Shown: positions 12,901 to 23,757 of the stretch, one piece after another
Numbering within the stretch: position 1 is the stretch's first letter
Layout: every line of letters begins with the position of its first letter
Assembly (NCBI RefSeq): GCF_910592395.1
Contig: NC_088308.1
Span: 2,604,001 to 2,668,000, forward strand
DNA length: 64,000 nucleotides
Origin: Lineus longissimus
Lineage: Eukaryota
Direction: 5' to 3'
Made by a program: the position numbers and the translations under genes
Notes under the pieces: model-generated
Seen by the model: the letters and a program-made list of their open reading frames with translations, nothing else
Databases searched by the model: none
What the model was told of the DNA's origin: nothing

Positions 12901-15900
12901 TGATATCAATGACTCTTCAACTGTTTGGAACAGCTTTACAATGGCAAAAACGACGAAGTGATTCGTATCAGCGCATCTATATGGGAGATTTTCCATCTAT
13001 GTTAGCATCTATCCGGATGGGCCCAGCGCAGACACCGTCAAATTGAGATGGCAACTATAGCCTGACATCAGCAGGCAGAGAAGCCTCACATATGGAACCT
13101 TCGACATCGACATCAAACAAAACAAGGCAGTTCGCAGGTTTCAAGTTAATCGGAAGGAAAAACATCGACTGCTTTCTATGGCACATCTAAGGGATGGGAC
13201 AACATGATTTGATTATAATAATAACTGCAATTCCGCATGATTTTAGTTGAATCAGCCGGGTTGATGGCACTGTCTCTGGCGGCACTATTAAACCAATTGT
13301 AACTATTCCATGCGAGTGGCATGATAAATAGACACATTTGCGAGAATAGGCTTATAATTTTATCATATAATCTCAATGGAATGTACAAGTTTACACCACA
13401 ATTTCAGCAGTTTCCAGTGAGTAAATTAAATTTTCTCCCTAGTTTATTGGTCAATGGCGTGTGGCCTGACAACTTTGTCATTGCGTAGAGAATAACCCTG
13501 AATGATTTGGTTGCCGCATATCAAGAGTTGTCTCATGAGTGTTACAAATGAATATCAAACGGCAGAAACATCATATCACGGACCACGTGACACGGGATGC
13601 TTAAATAAAACTACACCCACCATCTGTCAAATCTATTTAATAGTTACATCCCCATAGCAACATGCAAATGTCAAAAACAAGATAAAAGAACGTTACCTTT
13701 AATATTCTTCTTATCCAAACTCTCAAGTTACCTTTCGCGTAACGTCACTTCATATACGTCATTTCGTTGAAAGGGAAATTGCTCTCAGGACCAAGGTCAC
13801 GACCATTTTAACTTCGTTTTCGAGTACATTCACTTCCAATTTCTTGGCAGAAGTGCTTACAGATTCCTCATCTATACAAGTTGGCACAATGTCATTAAAA
13901 CACGGATTCCGACCAAAAAAACAGTGGGAACCAGCCAAGGCATCGTTTGATTAAAAACAACTATCATTTATTGATGGCAGGTCCTCCATTAAAGTGGAAA
14001 CCACACAAATAATTATCAACGAATTCAACATCATGGTGATCAGATGCTTGTGTGAAATAAAAATATCGCTCTATTTCACACAAGGGTCATATCGCCATAG
14101 CCTGGCTACTAGACGCGAAGAAAATCTCCAACCTCTGTGGTTCAATGTTTAGAATGCTGGACTTTCGATCTGATGGTATAACAGCTTTCGTGGGGGTCGA
14201 TGCCATCAAGATTCGCCCTGATAACCCTTTGATTAGACAGTAGAACAATGGAAATTTAGGCCTAGGTGTACGAGAGCTTTGTTTAAAGACAATAGATCGT
14301 GTTTTGGGCAAGCCTGAATTCTTTTAACTGTGAGGTTAGGAGCACAATAACGTATGACCTCGTTTTGGAGCGCCATCTCTGACGGATGCCTACATGTAAG
14401 AGGACCTGGGTGGCCGGTTTTGCGTTACCTTATTCCTATGCCAAAATGAGCCGGGAACTGAACCCAGTCATTCTCTACATCGACGACAAAAACATCAAGC
14501 AAACTCCGAGAGCCTTACAACCCGATTCCATTACCGTATCAGTGTATTTGTTCTTAGAAAGAAACGCACAAGCTCCGGGGCTGAATCTAATCCATAAGAA
14601 AAGGGATCGCATACACCTGTCGCCGCGAAAACATCCCCAAGTCGCCAAACGAAAGCTGATGCGAACTGAGTGTTCGAGGATAGAATAACCACAGACAAGC
14701 ACCAGTTACTGCCTTTGGCTAAAAACTGTTTATGGTTGCTTTTCGGTCGAAAACATCAGGAATGAAAGCATAAACACCCTCAGAAATGAACTAGGTTTTC
14801 GGGGGGTTTAACCGACGCATGTGAAATCTTTTTGCGGTAGATTTAACAGAGAAAATAACTTAAGGTTTTCCCCTGTCTGGTTTTCCGTGTTGTTGAGAAC
14901 CCTTTGGAAAACCTTTATTTTTAGTGTGTTAGAAAGTACTCTATGCTCTATTCCACCACCACAACAGTAGCCGTCATAATTTAGTCAACCTTTAAGATTC
15001 TTTTGTAACAAATGTATCGAAGGGACAGGTATCAATGCAGCACAACTAAAACTTGTAATGACAACAACGAAAACGTTAAGTGACATGTTGACGACAACAT
15101 CAAGGAATACCTCTCACTGCCGCGTATACATAATCCAAGCAATGCAACCAATGCATTCCGACATACCCTCTATAATTCATATTTGCTCAGCCAGACTTGA
15201 ATGTCAAATCCGTATTTAAAAAAGTTCTTTCTGAGCACCGCTATTTTGAATCCTCCGCAAGCATGACGACTGCTCTAAGGCTTTCCCGATGCACAGGCTA
15301 TGAAACCATCCACCTGCTTTAATCAGCGCTACGACGACTAATCTGCTGAAGCTGCCCCCTGCAGCCGTCGCCAAGGGTATATAATCCGAACCAATGACTA
15401 TTAACGGAGTTGAAATCTAACACAAAGTGCAATATTTACTTCACCCCGTCTTCATGCCTCTGGAACTGATGCTAGAGCTTTTATGAATGGCAAAGGTGAG
15501 ACGGCCTGCTCGCCCGGCGGGAACCGTGTCAACAGGTCAGACGATGACCATCGAGGGAGCAATGTCGAAACCTTACCGGTAGCCTCGTCACACAACCGGA
15601 AGAAGATTATACACTTACTACCTCTGTAGTACATGAGGCGGAGTAACCTAATGCAAAAAGGAACTAACCATGGCTACGCCGTTCCGAGATACACAAATGG
15701 AATGAATTCGGAAACAGTCTTGGTATTGACAATGATTCCATTGCCTTGGCGATGCTGGCGTATCAGCACAAATTCTGACGGAAATTGCTGTGGCTGGGTT
15801 TGTAATAGTCTCGGTTCAGCCATCTTGAAACTAAGCCACATGTAATTCTAGGAGAGGAAATTTCATTTTTACCGGTATTCAGTACTACACGTAGCCGGGA

Positions 15901-16135
15901 GACCCAGCAATGTGTTCCCACGTAGCTGCGGTAGCTGCCACGGGACAATTTCTCTCGGCTCCAGTGGTAATTCGGTAATTACAAATTACCATCTGGTGCG
16001 GTTGGCGACCTTTAATGAGACTTCCCCTACCGACAAAATACTTGCTGCGGTCGAAAATAGATTTGTCGCGGAGGTGGCCGCAGTGGCAAACGATCTAATG
16101 GAATCGGGTGTAGTGTGTGTCGTTATCAAAACATG

Positions 16136-17897
16136 TGTGACGGGGCACAATTAACAGTGTCCATTATCATCCAACATTTATGTTCAAATCATATCATCTT
16201 ATATATAGTTAGTTTTATACCAGTTAAATGAGACTTCATTTAACTCAATGTCATATATTATACTTAGGTTAGTTAGTTCACTTTTTACCATAACGTGTCA
16301 GGATGTTGTTCTCACTAACAACCATCCCAACAGGACACAAGGTATAAGGAAGCTATCATATATTCTAAAACTTCTAAGAAACTCCGGATTGGTACCAGTC
16401 GGTGACAGGTTTGGAGTGGTGCGTGGGCGTTTTAAGCCTATGAGATGATCAGCAAGAGGGAGAGTCTGGCACAGGAAGTTAACTTTTCCTGTCTCTGCCA
16501 GTTACAGTTTCTGGGAAATTGTGGAGTCATTCTCACATGGTCCTAAGATATTTAGTTGGGGAACAAGGGCCAAACATCACTTGCGTCTTGATCTCTTGCG
16601 AGGCAAGACCGTTGTTTAAAGAGAACTCATCATTAGATTAGATCCAATTTATGGAATTTGGTGAGATCATTCAGGAGATTCCAGTATGCTCTTAAGTAGA
16701 CCAGGAGCGAGAGAAAGATTGGTTCAGGAGAATTTACATGTCATTGTAAAGGTAGGTGAATTGAGTTACTTCATCTTAATTCCGATTTGTTCTATTATAT
16801 TATGTCTTTCAGTGCTTTGCCCAAGTATGGTCAAGATCGCCAGGCCCCATATCTCACTGCAACTCTCTTAAATTCACTCCATTTCTGATGCACCTGTTTT
16901 TATTTTACAATTGCTTAAAGGCGTAAATTTCATTACCGTATGAGTGTGACGGCATGGTGCTATGAAAATGATCCAAGATCACTGAATAGGATTTAAGTTG
17001 TGATTTCTTGTGACCCTTTCATTGATGATAATTACTCTCAGAGGCATGCATGTTCACACATTTTACTGTCGAGGGAGAGCTTGTTTATCAGATGTTTCGG
17101 GAAGAAATGAGATAACTTTATTGTGTATTTTATCTATGAGCTAATTCACGTTAGTAAGATAAATATGTAACATTTAGGACTTAATGACTTGAAGCCAGTT
17201 TGGTTATCAAAGTAGTGATATTCCGTTGGTTATCTTTTTGTAGGAATAGAGGACCGCGTGATTGGTCAAAGGAAATAGACTGTGGAAAGGAGTATCCCAC
17301 GTCTATGGTGAGTTTATTTCAGGAATTGTTCACACAATCTGAATATGGGCTCATTATCTTACAAACTGATATTTGAGATGGCTTAGTATTAATTTCTAGG
17401 AAAGTTATGATTGTAATAATGATGTGATTATTATGATTTAAAGGTACTAAATGATTCGTGATTTGGATGCATTGATTCATGAGCCCATGAGGAAACTATG
17501 TTTAAGCATTGTTTAAGTCTTGTCTTGTGTTTAGATCAATAACTGATTGGAAGTGGAATTGACATTAATTATGAATTAATATCAATGTTCAGTATGTTCT
17601 AAGGTTATTTGTGCTGTGTAACTTTGACAGTGTTGAGTCACCAAGTAATTGATTTGAGATAGTTATGTAGTAGAGTTTGCATAAGGTCTTAATTTTAATG
17701 TTTTACTCACAATCTGTGTTTTGTATTACAGGGATCGTAAGGTGACCTGTCATTGCCCTTTTTCTTTCTTTTCTTTTTGTTCGGTTCTTTTGGTTGCGTG
17801 TGTAAACGTGTATATAACATGCTCCAGAATATGCTAGTTGAATAAATATACCATATCCGGAAAGAATCTAGCCTTACTTTAATTCTGCTTGGCTATA
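16136..17897 (+). repeat. 5' LTR
   Basis: TGTGACGGGG...GGCTATA; direct repeat of 23758-25519; AATAAA at 17841-17846. Confidence 0.97.
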
Positions 17898-17899
17898 AA

Positions 17900-17921
17900 T
17901 GGCGTTGTCGACAGCAGGATT
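17900..17921 (+). promoter_or_regulatory. Primer-binding site, tRNA-Ser-like
   Basis: TGGCGTTGTCGacaGCAGGATT, 2 nt after the LTR; resembles the complement of a tRNA-Ser 3' end (TGGCGTAGTCGGCAGGATT) with one mismatch and a 3-nt insertion. Confidence 0.7.
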
Positions 17922-18403
17922 TGGGTTATTTAGTGTGAAAATTGAGCATAGAGCATGTACACAGTTTACAAAAGGGTAATGACAGAGGTTGAGAACTGAT
18001 GAGGCATGAGCACAGTGCTGCTAAGACGGATGTTTCCAGGAAGACAATCCTAGAAGTGACGGTGTTGGTGATGTTGTGACAACCTACTTAGGGATGACTG
18101 CAGCAGAACTTGATGAGTGGAGCCGGATCAAACATTCCAGGAACAATTAACAAGTGCTGAAGTGACATTGTTTACATCATATGAACTATTTTAAGACTGT
18201 GGCTTATAAATAGACTTGATGTTGTTATATCCGATTGCTGAGGTTGATTTTGTTGCGTCTATACGACACATGCCATGGGACTGTGAGTTGTGCTCATCAT
18301 TCTAGGGTCAACGTGAGGTTACTGGGCCACAATCCTTGTTTTGTTTTGGTTCTGTGCATATTATCTTTCCAGTGTTTAGGTTAAGTTGCAGTGAGATTTG
18401 AGG

Positions 18404-19435
18404 ATGGCAGACTTACAAGACCTGAGTGAAGACCAACTGAAGCAGAAGATTGCTGACCTGAGGGCTGACCTGACAGCAGCGAAGCTAAATGAAGCAAATG
18501 CAGTTGGGAGCGTCCGTGAGCTTAGGGGTGAGTCCAAAGCCTTAAAGGAAACTGTAGATAAGCTTAAAGGTAAGGATACTGTATATGTGGGGAGGGACCG
18601 AAAGCTTGAGAAGTTGAGGGGGGCACCAGTGGCCAGTAAAGACCCAGAAGTAGAAGAGTGGGTCAGAGATGCCCAGGGCATCATAGAGTCCAGGAAACTG
18701 AAAGGGCAAGATGCCATTAACTTTGTAACTGACCATTTGGCTGGCGACGCCCGTGTGGAAGTGGATAGTAGGGGGAAGATCGATGATGTCCAAGATCTCT
18801 TCAAGATTTTGAGGAACGTCTTTGACATTGCCGATTCTTTGCCTCAACTGAGGCGTAAGTATTATGCGAGGTTGCAGGCGGAGGAGGAGTCTGTGGTCCA
18901 ATATTCCCATGCGTTGGCGAGAATTCACCAACGCATGGAGATGCTGGACTCCGCGCTGAAAGCCACTAAGGAGGAGGCCCTTAGGGCACAGCTCGCGGAA
19001 GGGTTTAAAGACCCTCAACTCCGGCGAGAAGCCCTTCGCTGGATCCGCGAGAAGAACGGCAGCTTTTTCGAGTTGCGAGACTGGGCAACAGAGTGGGTCC
19101 GCCAGGGTGAGGGCAGTGATCTAAAGGTAAAGGCCAAAGTTAGGGAACATCAGGCAGAACCAGCCCTGATGGAAATGCTCAAGGAACAGAATGTTATCTT
19201 GAAGGAGCAGGTGAAGGCTCAACAGGAGTTGGCAAAACTCATTGCAGGAATGAATGGGCCAACTAGTAAAGGGCAGAAATATGACCAACGGGGACGGGCC
19301 TGTTTCGAGTGCGGCAGCCTGGATCACCTAATTAAGGACTGTCCAGATGCACAGAAGAAAGCCAAGGCTAAGAAAAATACGGGTAAGCCCAAAGCGAAGA
19401 CAAATGAACAGGCGGCCACAGGGGCGTTAAACTAG
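18404..19435 (+). CDS. gag: Gag polyprotein (N-terminal coiled coil, capsid region, CCHC zinc knuckle)
   Basis: ORF from first ATG 18404; zinc knuckle CFECGSLDHLIKDC; capsid-like EEWVRDA...LRRKYYARLQAEEESVVQYSHAL. Confidence 0.93.
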   Translation: MADLQDLSEDQLKQKIADLRADLTAAKLNEANAVGSVRELRGESKALKETVDKLKGKDTVYVGRDRKLEKLRGAPVASKDPEVEEWVRDAQGIIESRKLKGQDAINFVTDHLAGDARVEVDSRGKIDDVQDLFKILRNVFDIADSLPQLRRKYYARLQAEEESVVQYSHALARIHQRMEMLDSALKATKEEALRAQLAEGFKDPQLRREALRWIREKNGSFFELRDWATEWVRQGEGSDLKVKAKVREHQAEPALMEMLKEQNVILKEQVKAQQELAKLIAGMNGPTSKGQKYDQRGRACFECGSLDHLIKDCPDAQKKAKAKKNTGKPKAKTNEQAATGALN

Positions 19436-22400
19436 TTCGAGCCCCTGCTGAGAGCCGAGCAGCGGGCGATTTAAGAGGCTCTGTTCTTGCCAAGGCAATT
19501 GGCAAGTGCCCGGAAGCCGATATTCAGGTGGGGGGCGTGAGTGTCCGGTGTTTATTAGACACTGGGGCCCAGGTAAGTACCTTGACAGAGAGTTTCTTCA
19601 AGGAAACTCTCAAGGGTCAGGTAAGGGTTCTGGATACGTCTTCCTACCTGAAGATTACCGCTGCCAATGGCCTGCGTATCCCTTACGTTGGGTATGTTGA
19701 ATTAGATATTGTAGTGCATGGAAGAACATTTGAGAAAATGGGTTTCCTTATTGTCAAGGATACTCCAAGCTTCAGGAAGAAGGTTGTGCCAGGTATTTTA
19801 GGCAGCAACATATTGAGGTTGTTGAATGATAGTTTTCAGGGTCAACAATTAGACACTGATTGGGATTCAGTGTTACATTTATACAGTCATTGTGCCGTAG
19901 GTGACCTACCACCGGCGGTAGATGCAGACGACCATGGATTAATCGGTCAGGTGAGAAACGCTAGTTCTGAACCCCTGCTTTTGCCAGCTGGCACAAAGAG
20001 GATCATCAAAGCTAGCGCCCCTTTCCCAAAAAGGGGTACCTCGTACTGTGCCTTAGTAGAAGGCATACCATCAGAAGACTGCTCGCTCCCAAAGGGACTA
20101 GTAGTAGCAGCTTCGTATTCCATGGTCATTGACGGCCAGACCTGGGTTCAAGTAGCCAACTTTGGGGAAGAAGATGCCTACATCCCAGGTAAGTGTTTAT
20201 TAGGAAATTTATTGTTGGGGAAAGTACCCTCAGCTCCCATGAACGTAGAGGTAATGGAAGTCTCTGCGAATGAGGTCAAGGTTGGGAGACAGTATGACCC
20301 GGAACCGACACCAAGCAAAGCTACCGCAGAGAAGGTAGCCCGACTGATGGAAACCATGCATATTGGTGAGTTGACTAGATCCGAAAGGAAGAGATTTGAG
20401 CAGTTGCTTCAGCGGTTTCCTGATCTATTCAGTGATGGTGATCATGACTTAGGGTACTGTGACAAAGTCAAGCATAAAATTGTACTAACTGATGATAAGC
20501 CTATCAAGGTCCCTCATAGGCGTATTCCACCTCATCAACTTCAGGCTGTCAAGGAATACCTGGAGACTCAGCTTCAGGCAGGTATTATTAGGCCTAGTAC
20601 ATCAGCTTATGCTTCAGCGATAGTTTTGGTTCGCAAGCCGGACGGTAAAATGAGAGTTTGCGGGGATTTTAGATTGTTGAACGCAAAGACAGTCAAAGAT
20701 GCCCAACCCTTAGTTAGAATACCAGAGGCCTTGGAGGCATTGTCTGGCTCAAAGTTCTTTTGTACTTTAGATTTAGCTCACGGTTTTCTACAATGTGGAA
20801 TCGAGGAGGAGGATATCCCGAAGACTGCTTTTCGGGCTGGGTTTGCAGCCCTGTATGAATACACCCGTATGCCGATGGGGCTCTGTAATAGCCCTGCTAC
20901 GTTCTCCAGACTGATGCAAACTTGTCTTGGAGATCAGAATCTGGTCTCTCTTGTAGTGTATTTAGACGACATTTTGATCATGGGGAAAACCTTTGATCAA
21001 ACCCTGGAGAGGCTAGAAATGGTTTTCACGAGGTTGCAAAGCTTTGGTCTGAAAATCAAACCAAGTAAGTGCCATTTCTTTCTTGCAGAAGTTAACTTTC
21101 TTGGTCATGTAGTCTCAGAGAAAGGCATAGCAACTAATCCTGAGAAAATTGCAGCTATCAGAGACTGGAAAGTCCCTGAAACCGAGAAGGAGTTGAGGTC
21201 ATTTTTAGGGTTAGCCTCCTATTATCGCAGGTTTATCAAAGGATTTGCCACCATGGCTGCACCCCTTCATGTTCTTTTGGGTGGTCCCAAAGGAAAAGAC
21301 AAGACCAAAGGTAAGAGGTTAAGAGACGAGGAATTTCGGGCTCAGTGGACTCCTGAATGTACAGAGGCATTCAGAAAATTACAGGATAGCCTGTGCACCT
21401 CCCCAGTACTGGGATACCCAAGATTCGGCGAAAGTTTCCTAGTGGAAACTGACGGTTCGTACAGGGGTTTGGGCGCTGTCCTGAGCCAAATCCAAGACGG
21501 TAAGCAAGTAGTGATAGCGTATGCTAGTCGTAGCCTTAAGCCAGCCGAAAGGAATGACATGAATTACAGCTCAATGAAATTAGAATTGTTAGCTCTAAAG
21601 TGGGCTGTGACTGAGAAGTTTAGAGAGTACCTTTTAGGCGGGACATTTCAGGTATTGGTAGACAGCAACCCGCTGGCCTACCTACAGACAGCTAAGCTGA
21701 ATGCTACAGAGATGAGATGGGTCGCACAATTGGCTCAGTTTGACTTTTCAATCAAGTATAGGCCGGGTAAGAACAATGGAGCAGCAGATGCTCTCAGCCG
21801 TTACCACCCCGTACCTGCATTGGACTTCAAGTTGCTGACTGAAAGTGAGGTAAGTTCACATATGTCAGAGATTGTCAAAAGTACACCCATCCCAGATTAC
21901 CTAAGGTCAGCTCTCCAAGATGATATAGTGGAAGTATCCTTGGAAAGCCATGAGGCAGTGTTACCCCCTGAGACCAAGGCACAGGGAACACTACCATCCT
22001 ATTCCACAGATGACTTACAAAAACTCCAGTCCAGTGACAACAGTATTGGTCCATTCAAGGATATCTGGGCCAAGGGTATCAAACCCACAGGTAGAATTCT
22101 CATCAAACTACCCAAACCGGTAAGAAAATTGGCTAGGGAGTGGGATAGAATTCGGGAATTCAAGGGTGTCCTCTACCGTCAGAGGAAAGAGAAAGGTGAG
22201 ATAATGCAACAACTAATACTACCAGAGTGTCTCAGGGACAAAGTATTCACGATGTTGCATAATGACTCAGGACACCAAGGGACTGAACGGACAACTTACT
22301 TGGTAAGATCACGATTTTTCTGGCCTGGTTTAGCTAATGATATCGCTGAGAGATGCAAATCTTGTCAGCGCTGTATTATCTCCAAGGCCCAGCAGAAGGT

Positions 22401-23706
22401 AAAACCTGCCATGGGACATTTGCTAGCTAAAAAGCCGTTGGAAGTCTTGGCAATAGACTTCACCTTTTTAGAGCCAGCCACAGATGGGCGGGAAAATGTC
22501 CTTGTGATGACAGATGTGTTCACCAAATGGACACAGGCAATTCCAACGCGGGACCAGACAGCCAAAACAGTCGCTAAGGTATTGGTTAATGATTGGTTCT
22601 TGAAGTACGGTGTCCCCAGGCGGATACACAGCGATCAAGGTAGGTGCTTTGAGTCTAAGGTCATCCAACAGTTATGCCAGCTGTATGGCATAACTAAGAG
22701 CAAAACTACCCCATATCATCCCGAGGGTAATTCTCAGGCAGAAAGATTCAACCGGACTATGCATGATCTTCTAAGGTCATTACCTGCTGAGAAGAAGAGA
22801 CGATGGCCTCAGCACCTCCCTGAGTTAGTATTTGCATACAATGCGGCACCACATCAATCTACCGGGTACAGCCCATATTTTCTGTTCTTTGGTCATGATC
22901 CTCGCTTGCCCATTGATCAGTTACTCCCCTCGGTTGAGGACACTGATCATCAGGTGGATTATGATGAATGGATCACCCTCCATCATACTCGTATGAAGGA
23001 AGCCCAGGTATTGGCTAGGACTCGGTTGGAAAAGGAAGCACTTAAGCGAGAGCGCCTCCGTCCTGTGAAGGAGGACAAACTAGAGGTAGGTTCCAGAGTC
23101 TTCTTAAAGAACTTAGGTGTCCGTGGACGCAATAAAATGCAAGACCGATGGAATAGTGTTCCATATCAGGTAATAGGTAAACCGGATCCAAACAATGAGG
23201 TTTACAGCGTTGAACCCCTCGATGGTTCTGGCCCAGCCAAAACAATGAATAGGGTTAACTTGCTTAGATCTGACAGGTTAGTAGTCCAAGAGTTGCCAGA
23301 ACAGCCTGATGAAGAGCAGGCCACTGACAGGCCTGACCCAATTATGACCAAGTCTCGTGCCGAGGCACGCGACAATCAGGTCGCTGAAAGTGACAGGTCG
23401 GAATCAGACTCTGAGGATGATGACATAGTTGTATGGGAGGAGCCCGGGGAAGTATTAGAAGCTCCACCTCAGGTGGAAATTAATATTCCAGTTCCAGCTC
23501 CAACCCCAAGACGGTCAGGCAGAGCAACTGCAGGTAGGCACCGTAATATGCATCATTTACCTAAGTCAAGTGTCCACACAACAGTGCGGGAAATGACTGA
23601 AATCAACTCTGATTCAGGTACAAGTATGAGTGAGCAAACTATAGCGGACTTTGCCAAGGCACAGCTTATGCTGGCCAAGTTGTTATTAAGGAATTCAGTT
23701 CTTTAA
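19408..23706 (+). CDS. pol: Pol polyprotein: aspartic protease, reverse transcriptase, RNase H, integrase (likely expressed as Gag-Pol)
   Basis: Uninterrupted ORF; LLDTGAQVS (PR), YLDD (RT), ETDGSYRGLGAVL (RH), HHCC zinc finger plus AIDF...HSDQG...AERFNRT (DDE integrase). Confidence 0.97.
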   Translation, partial: TGGHRGVKLVRAPAESRAAGDLRGSVLAKAIGKCPEADIQVGGVSVRCLLDTGAQVSTLTESFFKETLKGQVRVLDTSSYLKITAANGLRIPYVGYVELDIVVHGRTFEKMGFLIVKDTPSFRKKVVPGILGSNILRLLNDSFQGQQLDTDWDSVLHLYSHCAVGDLPPAVDADDHGLIGQVRNASSEPLLLPAGTKRIIKASAPFPKRGTSYCALVEGIPSEDCSLPKGLVVAASYSMVIDGQTWVQVANFGEEDAYIPGKCLLGNLLLGKVPSAPMNVEVMEVSANEVKVGRQYDPEPTPSKATAEKVARLMETMHIGELTRSERKRFEQLLQRFPDLFSDGDHDLGYCDKVKHKIVLTDDKPIKVPHRRIPPHQLQAVKEYLETQLQAGIIRPSTSAYASAIVLVRKPDGKMRVCGDFRLLNAKTVKDAQPLVRIPEALEALSGSKFFCTLDLAHGFLQCGIEEEDIPKTAFRAGFAALYEYTRMPMGLCNSPATFSRLMQTCLGDQNLVSLVVYLDDILIMGKTFDQTLERLEMVFTRLQSFGLKIKPSKCHFFLAEVNFLGHVVSEKGIATNPEKIAAIRDWKVPETEKELRSFLGLASYYRRFIKGFATMAAPLHVLLGGPKGKDKTKGKRLRDEEFRAQWTPECTEAFRKLQDSLCTSPVLGYPRFGESFLVETDGSYRGLGAVLSQIQDGKQVVIAYASRSLKPAERNDMNYSSMKLELLALKWAVTEKFREYLLGGTFQVLVDSNPLAYLQTAKLNATEMRWVAQLAQFDFSIKYRPGKNNGAADALSRYHPVPALDFKLLTESEVSSHMSEIVKSTPIPDYLRSALQDDIVEVSLESHEAVLPPETKAQGTLPSYSTDDLQKLQSSDNSIGPFKDIWAKGIKPTGRILIKLPKPVRKLAREWDRIREFKGVLYRQRKEKGEIMQQLILPECLRDKVFTMLHNDSGHQGTERTTYLVRSRFFWPGLANDIAERCKSCQRCIISKAQQKVKPAMGHLLAKKPLEVLAIDFTFLEPATDGRENVLVMTDVFTKWTQAIPTRDQTAKTVAKVLVNDWFLKYGVPRRIHSDQGRCFESKVIQQLCQLYGITKSKTTPYHPEGNSQAERFNRTMHDLLRSLPAEKKRRWPQHLPELVFAYNAAPHQSTGYSPYFLFFGHDPRLPIDQLLPSVEDTDHQVDYDEWITLHHTRMKEAQVLARTRLEKEALKRERLRPVKEDKLEVGSRVFLKNLGVRGRNKMQDRWNSVPYQVIGKPDPNNEVYSVEPLDGSGPAKTMNRVNLLRSDRLVVQELPEQPDEEQATDRPDPIMTKSRAEARDNQVAESDRSESDSEDDDIVVWEEPGEVLEAPPQVEINIPVPAPTPRRSGRATAGRHRNMHHLPKSSVHTTVREMTEINSDSGTSMSEQTIADFAKAQLMLAKLLLRNSVL
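19426..19482 (+). promoter_or_regulatory. Predicted -1 ribosomal frameshift signal (slippery G_TTA_AAC plus H-type pseudoknot)
   Basis: pol is in the -1 frame and open from 19408; heptamer 19426-19432 abuts the gag stop; stem 1 19441-19449/19458-19467; loop AGAGCC (19451-19456) pairs with GGCTCT (19477-19482). Confidence 0.75.
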
Positions 23707-23757
23707 TATTTAGCAGTTGTTGTTGTTGTGGGCAACAACAAAGTCAGTTGGGTGGTA

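Noticed and set aside
12855..13170. LINE RT relic (GTALQW...SDSYQRI)
   Set aside because: Only one short motif-like match; too degenerate to call without a search.
16248..16871. Small LTR ORFs (66 and 61 aa) as accessory proteins
   Set aside because: Duplicated only because the LTR is duplicated; no motifs, and tested splice combinations hit early stops.
18376..23245. Antisense ORFs within the retrotransposon (e.g. 18376-18828, 18542-19018)
   Set aside because: Shadow ORFs of gag/pol with no recognisable motifs.
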